This document shows positions 56,406 through 64,000 of a DNA stretch of 64,000 nucleotides, in pieces. Position numbers and translations under genes: made by a program. The stretch is from an uncultured Actinomycetota bacterium (GTDB taxonomy: Bacteria; Actinomycetota; Actinomycetes; Streptosporangiales; Streptosporangiaceae), in contig CAVRCV010000012.1 in assembly GCA_963719705.1 (NCBI GenBank), positions 4,581 to 68,580 on the forward strand, read 5' to 3'. Positions within the stretch are counted from its first letter, which is position 1. Every line of letters starts with the position of its first letter. The notes under the pieces are model-generated. The model searched no databases. It had not been told where the DNA came from and worked only from the letters and a program-made list of their open reading frames with translations.

Positions 56406-57653
56406 TTGCTCCTGATGAGCGACGTACTTGCTGGCCAGCACGCCGCCGAGCGGGACGAAGCGGCCGGGCTGGAAGCCGTCTTCGCCGGGGCCCGGTCCCG
56501 CTTCTCCTCCCTCCGCGGGGATTTCGTGTTCCTGGATGCCCCCGGCGGCAGCCAGGTGCCGGACGAGGTCGGGGCCGCGGTGGCCCGGGTCTACCGCGAG
56601 GCGAGCGGCAACATCGGCGTCCCGTACGCGACGAGCCGGCGGATCGAGGCCATCGTCAGCGAGGCCCGGGCGGTAACGGCCGGCTTTCTCGGCTGCACCG
56701 AGGACGAGGTCATCTTCGGCGAGAACATGACCTCGCTGAACTTCAGCCTGTCCCGGACCCTCGGCCGCCAGCTCAGCCCCGGCGACGAGATCGTGGTCAC
56801 CCGGCTGGACCACGACGCCAACGTGGCCCCGTGGCTGGACCTGGCCGAGGACCGGGGGCTGGTCGTCCGGCATGCCGACGTGCACGCCGACACCACGCTG
56901 GACCTGTCCGACCTGGCCCGGCAGCTCGGACCGCGGACCAGGGTGGTGGCCTTCCCGTGGGCGGCCAACGCCACCGGGACCATCGTGGACGCGGCGGCGG
57001 TCAGCGAGATCGCGCACCAGGCGGGCGCGATCGCCTGGGTGGACGCGGTCCAGTACGCGCCGCACGAGCCGATCGACGTGACCGCGATCGGCTGTGACGT
57101 GCTGACCTGCTCGGCGTACAAGTTCTGCGGGCCGCACATGGGCATCGCCTACGGCCGCCGGGAGCTGCTGGAGTCCTGGCGCCCGTACAAGGCCAGGCCC
57201 AGCGGCATGGAACCGGTCGGCCACCGGTTCGAGACCGGGGTACTGCCGTACGAGCTGCTCGGCGGCCTGCTGGCCACGTTCGCCTACACCGAGAGCCTGG
57301 GCGGGATGGCCCGGATATCGGCCTGGGAACGCCAGCTTAGTGACCGGCTGCTGGCCGGCCTGCCCGACGGCGCGACGCTGTACGGGCTGCCGACATCGTC
57401 CGGCCGGGTGCCGGTGTTCCTGGTCAACTTCCCCGGCGTCCCGGCCGGCTGGCTCAGCAAGACCCTGGCCGGCCTCGGCTTCGGGGTGTGGAGCCACGGC
57501 AGCTACTACGCGCTCGGCCTGCACGACCGGATCGGCTGGGGCGAGGCCCTGCGCATCGGCCTGGCGCACTACAACACCTTCGAGGAAGTAGACCGGTTCA
57601 ACGAGACGCTGGCCAGGCTGGCGGCCAGCTATGAGCCGGCCGGGGACCGGTAG
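56406..57653 (+). CDS. Class V aminotransferase, cysteine-desulfurase-like (SufS/CsdA-related)
   Basis: FLDAPGGSQVP, VTRLDHDANV.PW, GTIVDAAAVSEIAHQAGAIAWVDAVQYAPH, SAYKFCGPHMG (PLP Lys), C-terminal LRIGLAHYNT.EEVD. Confidence 0.75.
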   Translation: MLLMSDVLAGQHAAERDEAAGLEAVFAGARSRFSSLRGDFVFLDAPGGSQVPDEVGAAVARVYREASGNIGVPYATSRRIEAIVSEARAVTAGFLGCTEDEVIFGENMTSLNFSLSRTLGRQLSPGDEIVVTRLDHDANVAPWLDLAEDRGLVVRHADVHADTTLDLSDLARQLGPRTRVVAFPWAANATGTIVDAAAVSEIAHQAGAIAWVDAVQYAPHEPIDVTAIGCDVLTCSAYKFCGPHMGIAYGRRELLESWRPYKARPSGMEPVGHRFETGVLPYELLGGLLATFAYTESLGGMARISAWERQLSDRLLAGLPDGATLYGLPTSSGRVPVFLVNFPGVPAGWLSKTLAGLGFGVWSHGSYYALGLHDRIGWGEALRIGLAHYNTFEEVDRFNETLARLAASYEPAGDR

Positions 57654-57660
57654 GGCGGGC

Positions 57661-58389
57661 ATGCGCCCGGGTTCGGTGGTCCGGGTCGCCGACATCCCCG
57701 CGGACCGGCAGCCAGCCGGTGCCAGCGTGCGAACCCTGGTGGACACCGGTTCCGACGGGCCGGACGGCCCGGTGCCTGGCCTGACCCGCCGGGCGGTCGA
57801 GGTGCCGCCGGGGGCGCGCGGCTCAGGGACCGCGGCGGACGGCGGTGAGCTGCTGTTCGTGATCGGGGGAACCGGCCGCGTGGAGATCGATGAGCAGCCG
57901 GGCCTGCCGCTGCGGCCCGACCGCGGCCTGCTGCTCCCGCCCGGCGCCCGGTACCAGCTGATCCCGGATGACGCGGCCGGCCTGCGGCTGGACACGGTGG
58001 CGCTGCCGGGCAGGGAAGGCAAGGATGCCGGTCCGGAGGCGGCGACCAGGGACCTGCCGGACTGCGACGTGGAGCGGACCGGCGACCGCACGTTCCGGGT
58101 GCTGTTCGGCCCCGGCCGCGGCTGCGCGGTCGCGACCCAGTTCGTCGGCGAGATACCGCCCGGCCGGGCGGCCGATCACAGCCACCCCTACGACGAGGTG
58201 GTGCTGATCCTGGCCGGCCGCGGGGTGATGCACGCCGGCGGCACCGATCACCAGCTGGCTCCCGGCACCTGCATCCACCTGCCGCCGGGCCTGGTGCACT
58301 GCCTGGAGAACACCGGCACCGAGACGCTGCGGGTGCTCGGCGTGTTCCACCCGGCCGACAGCCCGGCCGCCAAGCTTCCGGCCAGCTGA
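57661..58389 (+). CDS. Bicupin-domain protein
   Basis: Two cupin-like modules. The second has GRAADHSHPYDEVVLILAGRGVMHAGG...HLPPGLVHCLENTG (H..H...E / H pattern). Confidence 0.6.
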   Translation: MRPGSVVRVADIPADRQPAGASVRTLVDTGSDGPDGPVPGLTRRAVEVPPGARGSGTAADGGELLFVIGGTGRVEIDEQPGLPLRPDRGLLLPPGARYQLIPDDAAGLRLDTVALPGREGKDAGPEAATRDLPDCDVERTGDRTFRVLFGPGRGCAVATQFVGEIPPGRAADHSHPYDEVVLILAGRGVMHAGGTDHQLAPGTCIHLPPGLVHCLENTGTETLRVLGVFHPADSPAAKLPAS

Positions 58390-58518
58390 CAGCCGCTGAG
58401 CTCCCGGAGCCGGGGATGGCGGATCCGGGCCGACCCTGATGCGGCCTGGTGCGGTATCAGGGTCGGGCGGGGGGTCATCCCGATGCGCCGGCCGCTCCCC
58501 CGGCGGCAGGCTGAGGGC

Positions 58519-58821
58519 ATGAACACCACGAACCCGAACCCCGCCGCCAGTGACACGGCCACCAGTGAAACCACGGTCATCGACTCCTCGCATGCGCTGT
58601 ACCGCCCGTACCGCGACCGGATGCTGGCCGGAGTCGCCATCGGCATCGCCCGCTACCTCGGCATCGACGTCCTGATCGTGCGCATCGCGCTGGTCGTGCT
58701 CGCCCTGGTCGGCGGCGCCGGGCTGCCGATCTACCTGGCCGGCTGGCTGCTGATCCCCGAGGAGGGCGCCAGCCAGTCCATCGCCAGCGAGCTGATCGAG
58801 TCCCTCCGGGGCCGGTCCTGA
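58519..58821 (+). CDS. PspC-domain membrane protein
   Basis: LYRPYRDRMLAGVAIGIARYLGIDVLIVRIALVVLALVGGAGLPIYLAGWLLIP is the PspC signature. Confidence 0.7.
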   Translation: MNTTNPNPAASDTATSETTVIDSSHALYRPYRDRMLAGVAIGIARYLGIDVLIVRIALVVLALVGGAGLPIYLAGWLLIPEEGASQSIASELIESLRGRS

Positions 58822-58829
58822 CCAGCGGC

Positions 58830-59573
58830 TCACCGGCGGGTGAGCGTCACGCCGTACAGCGCGCCGGGCAGCACCTCGGCGACCTGCCAGCCGTGCCGGG
58901 ACACCAGTCCGGTCAGCTCGTCCGGTGACATCCAGAGCAGGCCGAACCACGCGGTCGCCAGCCGCTGATAGCGGATCCGCATGGTGATCTGGCCTGGCAT
59001 CCGGCCGCGCTCGCGGTTGCGCCGGTGGTAGGCGAGATGGGTCTCCTCGCTCGTCTGGTGGGGATCCAGGCAGGTGCCGACGATCACGCCGGCCGGACCG
59101 AGCACGGCGCCCAGCGCCTGCAGGAACCGGCCTGCCTGGTCCGGTGCCGCCAGCAGGCCGAGGTTGTTGCCGAGCAGCAGCGCGCTGTCGAACGGCTCGG
59201 GCCCGGACCGGGCGAGATCGGCCACGCCGCCGGGGAACACTTCCCGCACCCCCCGCCGCCGGCAGGCCTCGACCGCGCCGGGCGACACATCCAGCGCGAC
59301 CACCTGCTGGCCCCGGTCCTGCAGCGCGAGGGATGCCCGCCCTGCCCCGGCGCCGACGTCCAGGACCCGCCCGACCGACCGGTCGGCTGCCCAGGCGTCG
59401 CGCCGGTCCCAGCCCGACAGGTAGTCGGAACCGTCAGCGTCGACGAACCCGTCGTCGCGCTCGCAGACGATCGCGCCGCCGCCCCCGCCGCTCCCGGCGC
59501 CCGCGCCGAGCCGGTCCAGCAGGGCACGGCCGAACGCATCGCCCTCCTCGACCTCGGCGCTCACCTGCGGCAT
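58830..59573 (-). CDS. Class I SAM-dependent methyltransferase
   Basis: VLDVGAGAGRASLAL (motif I), VVALDVSP, ALLLGNNLGLL. Confidence 0.7.
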   Translation of the reverse strand: MPQVSAEVEEGDAFGRALLDRLGAGAGSGGGGGAIVCERDDGFVDADGSDYLSGWDRRDAWAADRSVGRVLDVGAGAGRASLALQDRGQQVVALDVSPGAVEACRRRGVREVFPGGVADLARSGPEPFDSALLLGNNLGLLAAPDQAGRFLQALGAVLGPAGVIVGTCLDPHQTSEETHLAYHRRNRERGRMPGQITMRIRYQRLATAWFGLLWMSPDELTGLVSRHGWQVAEVLPGALYGVTLTRR

Positions 59574-59988
59574 GGACCGATTGTCCGGCCGGCGGGCGGC
59601 CCGCCGCCAGCGATTTTCGCTACCCGGCGGCGCGTGGCAGCGCGTTCACGAACCCGGAGGATAGGAAACTGTGGCTTGACCGCCGATATCCGCGCTACAT
59701 AGTTTCAACTGGGGCCGAAACAGCGCGGGCGCAGATTCCTTGGGGTGGGCGATGGATGAATCGGTCCGGCGCGCGCAGTCGGTTCTTCCGGTGGGCATTG
59801 ACCGGGCAACCAGGGAACCCGTGACGCTCGGCCAGGCACTGGCCGAGCCGGGGGTCTTAGCGGCGCGTTCTTCCGGACACTGCCGAGCCCGGCGTTCAAT
59901 TTCAGTACGGGTGATTTTTCGGTCGACGCCATGAACAGCGCCGCCGACCACAAAGAGCCCGAGCCGGAACGCTAACAGGAGGCAAATC

Positions 59989-60780
59989 ATGCTCGCCGAA
60001 ACAGCGCACCCTATACCAGGCACAAGCTGGTTCTTTCTGCAGAACGCAGCAGGTCAGTTCCTCGATCCCTTCGATCTCATGATCTATGCAGGGCCCCCTT
60101 TGCATCCCGTGCATCCTCCCCAGCAGTACCAGCTTGTAGCCGGCGACCGGGCCACGCTCAACGGCATTCACACTCACCGCATGGCGCTGGCTATCCAGAA
60201 CCTGCCGCACAACAACCACATCGAGGACAATCCTGCTGAGTTCAGCAATCACGACACCGTCAACGTGCCGGAAGCCGTGATGGACCCGGCGGGGCCGTCG
60301 CAGCCGGTCGCCCGGGTCGGCGTCGGCGCGGCGGTGAAGACCTACGGAGCCGGTCCCTGCCTGCCACTGCTCGTCCGGGCGACGGCAGCGAACAACACGC
60401 GGGGAGTTGGCTGCGTGCACTTGTCGGCCAACGACATGGAGTCATGGCAGGATGCCCAGAACGGGATCATGGGCATGTGCGGCCAGTTGCGCACCCAGCT
60501 GGCTGACCTCACCGCGACGTGCCATTGCTTCCTGGCCGGCGGCAGCATTGCCCCGGAGCATGACGATGATGTGCTGGATGAGTATGCCCGGACGGTGGCC
60601 GCGCTCCAGACGCTGGCGGCCAATGCCGCCAACCACATGGTGTTCGACGGCGCGCTCGTTCCCGCATCTGACCAGGATGGCGATTACATCGACGTCCTGA
60701 TCACGACCACGCATATTTACTACCAGGAAGACAACGTCGGCTCTGGCTCCGGCTCTGGGGACGGCGAAAACTCCAGTTAA
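59989..60780 (+). CDS. Orphan hypothetical protein in low-GC islet
   Basis: AGGAGG 6 nt upstream of the ATG. 263 aa. Many A/T-ending codons, unlike the neighbours. TAA stop. Cys motifs GAGPCLPLLV..GVGCVHL and TCHCFLAGG. GSGSGSGDGENSS tail. Confidence 0.5.
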   Translation: MLAETAHPIPGTSWFFLQNAAGQFLDPFDLMIYAGPPLHPVHPPQQYQLVAGDRATLNGIHTHRMALAIQNLPHNNHIEDNPAEFSNHDTVNVPEAVMDPAGPSQPVARVGVGAAVKTYGAGPCLPLLVRATAANNTRGVGCVHLSANDMESWQDAQNGIMGMCGQLRTQLADLTATCHCFLAGGSIAPEHDDDVLDEYARTVAALQTLAANAANHMVFDGALVPASDQDGDYIDVLITTTHIYYQEDNVGSGSGSGDGENSS

Positions 60781-60845
60781 GGATTCAGGATTATGATCAT
60801 CGAAACGCAGGCCCGGGTGGAGGACGACGACGACACCAGCTGAGC

Positions 60846-63800
60846 TCAGCGGAAGTCGCGGCTGCGGGCGGCGGCGATGACCCGGAGGCGGCGCAGCCGG
60901 GTGGCGAGCAGGCTGACCGCGCCGTCCAGCCGCTCGGCCCGGCCGTGTACCAGCAGCGCGTTCGCGTCCAGGCCGAGACGGCGGTACCGGTGCCAGACCT
61001 GCGGCGGGCAGATCACGTTGACCATCCCGGTCTCGTCTTCCAGGCTGAGGAACACCACCCCGCCCGCCGTTCCCGGCTGCTGGCGGTGCGTGACCAGGCC
61101 GCCGACCACCAGGCTCCGGCCGCCGGGCGCGGCGGCCAGGTCCGCGGCCCGGATCACGCCGCGCTCGGCCAGCAGCGGCCTGATGTGCGCCAGCGGGTGC
61201 GTGCCGTAGGTCCCGGTGGCCCACAGGTCGGCGAAGGTCTCCTGCGCCGCGGTCATCGGCCGCAGCGGCGGGGCGGTCAGGCCGGGAGTCGTGCCGGGCA
61301 GCTGGCCGCCGGTCATGGTCGCGGCGGCCCCGGCCGCCCACAGCGCCTCGCGCCGCCCGATGCCGAAGCAGCCGAACGACCCCGCCGTGGCCAGGGCCTC
61401 CATCGCGGCGGCCGGCAGCACGGTGCGACGGGCGAAGTCCTCCAGGCCGGCATACGGCTGCCCGGCCACGATGGCCTCGGCCGCCGAGGTGCCCAGGCTG
61501 CGCACCTCGGACAGGCCGATCCTGATCACCGGCTGGCCGGGGCCGGCTGGCCCTCTGCCAGGCCGGGCACCGGCACCGGCACCGGCTCCGGCGGCTGGGC
61601 GGGGCGGGGCGGGCTGGCGCCGGGGTATCCGTTCTGGTGAAGGTCTCCGGGGTTTTCCAGGGTGGCGAGGACGCCGCTGGCGTTGACGTCGACGCCGCGT
61701 ACCTGCACGCCGTGCCTGCGCACGTCGCCGATCAGGCTGGCCGGGGCGTAGAAGCCCATCGGCTGGGCGCGCAGCAGGGCGGCGGTGAACGCGGCCGGGT
61801 AGTAGCACTTCAGCCAGGCGCTGGCGTAGACCAGGTAGGCGAAGCTGATCGCGTGTGACTCGGGGAACCCGTAGCTGGAGAAGGCCAGGATCTTGCGGTA
61901 GATGTCCTCGGCCGTTTCCTCCTGGATGCCCCGCCCGGCCATGCCGTCCAGCAGGCGGCCGCGCAGCTCCTCGATCCGGTCCGGAGCGCGCTTGGAGCTC
62001 ATCGCCTGGCGCAGCCGGTCGGCCTCGGCCGGGCTGAACCCGGCGCAGTCGATCGCGATCTGCATCATCTGCTCCTGGAACAGCGGCACGCCGAGGGTCT
62101 TGCCGAGCGCTCGGTGCATCGAGGGATGCGGCAGGTCCGGCTCCTCGTCGCCGCGGCGGCGGCGCAGGTAGGGGTGCACCGAGCCGCCCTGGATCGGTCC
62201 CGGCCGGATCATCGCCACCTCGATCACCAGGTCGTAGAACTTGGCCGGGCGCAGCCGCGGCAGCGTGGCCATCTGAGCCCGCGACTCGACCTGGAACACC
62301 CCGACCGTGTCGGCGGCCTGCAGCATCCGGTAGACGCCGGGATCCTCCTGCGGGATCGAGTGCAGGCTCCACCGGACGCCGTGATGCCGCTCGACCAGCT
62401 CGAAGCAGTCCCGCAGCGCGGTCAGCATGCCCAGGCCAAGCAGGTCGAACTTGACCAGGCCGGTGGCCGCGCAGTCGTCCTTGTCCCACTGCAGCACGGT
62501 GCGCCCCGGCATCCTGGCCCACTCCACCGGGCACACCTCCCCCACCGGCCGGTCGCAGATCACCATCCCGCCGGAGTGGATGCCCAGGTGCCGGGGCAGC
62601 CGCTGCATCCTCGCGGCCAGGCTGGTGACCGCCTCGGGTACTCCGGCGTCCGGCGGGATCAGCTGACCGGGGCCGTACTGCCGCGGGCCGACCTGCCGGG
62701 ACCAGGCATCGAGCTGCTCCGGCGGGTAGCCGAGCGCCCGGCCGGCATCGCGCAGCGCCAGCCGGGGCCGGTAGGAGATCACGTTCGCGACCTGGGCGGC
62801 CTGCCCCCGGCCGTAGCGCTCGTAGACGTACTGGATGACCTCTTCCCGGCGGCGGTGCTCGATATCCAGGTCGATGTCCGGCGGGCCGTCCCGGCCCGCG
62901 GACAGGAACCGCTCGAACAGCAGCCCGTGCCGGACCGGGTCCACGCTGGTAATGCCGAGCGCGTAGCAGACGGCCGAGTTGGCCGCCGAGCCCCGGCCCT
63001 GGCACAGGATCCGGCTGTCCTCGCAGAACTGCACGATGTCCTGCACGATCAGGAAGTAGCCGGAGAACCCGAGGGTCACGATGACGTCGAGCTCGCGGGC
63101 CAGCTGGTCGTAGGCGCCCGGCTGGCGTTCGGCGTGCGGCGGGCCGTAGCGCTCCGGGGCCCGCCTCGCCACCAGCGCGCGCAGCCAGGCGGCCTCGGTG
63201 CGGTAGCTCGGCGGCAGCGGGAAGGCCGGCAGCTTCGGCGCGATCACGGTGAAGTCGAACGCGCACTCGCCGGCCAGCTCGACGGTGCGATCGAGCACGC
63301 CGGGGTAACGGCGCAGCCGGGCGGCCATCTCCGCGCCGGATCTCAGGTAGGCGGCCCCGGACGCGGCCAGCCAGCCGTCCATCTCGGCCAGGCTGCGCCG
63401 GGCCCGGATCGCGGCCAGCGCCTGGGCCAGCCGGGCGTCTCCAGGGCTGGCATAGTGCACGTTGCCGGTGGCGATCGCCGCCATCCCGGCCTGCCGGGCC
63501 AGCCGGTAGAGCGCGTCGTTGCGCTCGTCGTCGTCCGGCAGGTCATGGCTGGTCAGCTCGACCATGACGTGGTCGCGGCCGAACATCCCGGCCAGGTTCT
63601 CCAGCTCGCCGGCCGCCGCTTCCGGGCCGCCGGCGGCGAGCGCGGCCGGCACCGCGCCCTTGCGGCAGCCGGTGAGCACCGCCCAGTGCCCGCCGTGCGC
63701 CCCGGCGAGCTCGTCCGGCCGGTACCGCGGGCGGCCCTTGGCCCCGCCGGCCAGCTGCGCCTCGCTGATCACCCGGCACAGCCGCCGGTACCCCTCGCTG

Positions 63801-64000
63801 TCGCGGGCCAGCACCAGCAGGTGCCTGCCGCCGGGATCGGGCTCGCCCCGTGGTTCGGGCTGGCGCCGTGGTCGGGCTGGCGCCGTGATCCGGGCAGGTC
63901 CAGGCTGAGCTCGGCGCCGAAGACGGTGCCGAGCGCGATCCCGGTGTCGCGCCTGAGCCGGGCCGCTGCCTGGGCGAACTGGGGGACCCCGTACATGCCG
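60846..64000 (-). pseudogene. dnaE2: Error-prone DNA polymerase III alpha subunit DnaE2 (N-terminus beyond window), two frame breaks
   Basis: Pieces read MYGVPQFAQAA...FGAELSL; PDPGGRHLLVLARDSEGYRRLCRVISEAQL...GNVHYA...RGSAANSAVCYALGITSVDP...HLGIHSGGMVI...FQVESRAQM...FPESHAISFAYLVYASAWLKCYYPAAF; VIRIGLSEVRSLG...LVVGGLVTHRQQP.TAGGVVFLSLEDETGMVNVI...RSRDFR-stop. Breaks at ~63855-63888 and ~61535-61550. Confidence 0.85.
63855..63888 (-). repeat. 17-bp near-perfect tandem duplication inside dnaE2
   Basis: TCGGGCTGGCGCCGTG at 63855-63870 and 63872-63887 (period 17; 16 consecutive matches). Confidence 0.9.

Noticed and set aside
60793-60843. 16-codon ORF MIIETQARVEDDDDTS between the orphan gene and dnaE2.
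   Set aside because: There is no convincing SD and no supporting structure or context. It is too short to support from sequence alone.

Overview
High-GC (roughly 70% or more by eye) actinomycete-type chromosomal segment with about 58 protein genes. I saw no rRNA, tRNA, CRISPR array, transposase or integrase.

Gene content, left to right:
- 1-2.9 kb: FG-GAP-like repeat protein fragment, pobA, and a secreted lysozyme-like/ricin-lectin protein.
- 3-10.5 kb: omega-amino-acid catabolic island (gabT, IclR, two further class-III aminotransferases, mmsA, Lrp/AsnC).
- 10.6-14.7 kb: secreted repeat protein, proS, small membrane ORF.
- 14.8-19.8 kb: PaaX-like regulator, boxC, boxB and an amidohydrolase (aerobic benzoyl-CoA pathway).
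- 19.8-26.4 kb: Clp-N remnant, class II aldolase, LysE exporter, psuG-psuK, APH-type kinase, GT-C mannosyltransferase.
- 26.5-31.5 kb: leuS, amidase, SnoaL-like protein.
- 31.8-45.5 kb: nine-gene, translationally coupled surface-polysaccharide operon built around a hyaluronan-synthase-like GT2.
- 45.7-51.2 kb: DivIVA-domain protein, LamG-like membrane protein, two atypical LuxR response regulators flanking a GT4.
- 51.2-59.6 kb: RibE-RibB fusion behind a candidate FMN riboswitch, two divergent G1 (eqolisin) peptidases, then DinB, methyltransferases, cysteine-desulfurase-like protein, cupin and PspC genes.
- 59.6-64 kb: low-GC orphan islet and a partial dnaE2.

Most interesting:
1. A three-Leu-codon leader ORF plus hairpins plus an intrinsic terminator in the leuS 5' leader.
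2. The HasA-like, triple-CE4 polysaccharide operon, which has no flippase, polymerase or exporter gene.
3. In-frame TTA codons in both pseudo-receiver regulators.
4. A 17-bp tandem duplication that exactly accounts for a dnaE2 frame break.

Caveat: many genes, including essential leuS, are broken by indel-only frame switches. These are strongly clustered at 14.8-19.8 kb and 26.5-29.4 kb and look like assembly errors rather than decay. All family calls are from motif recognition by eye. Frame-break positions are approximate (about +/-20 nt).
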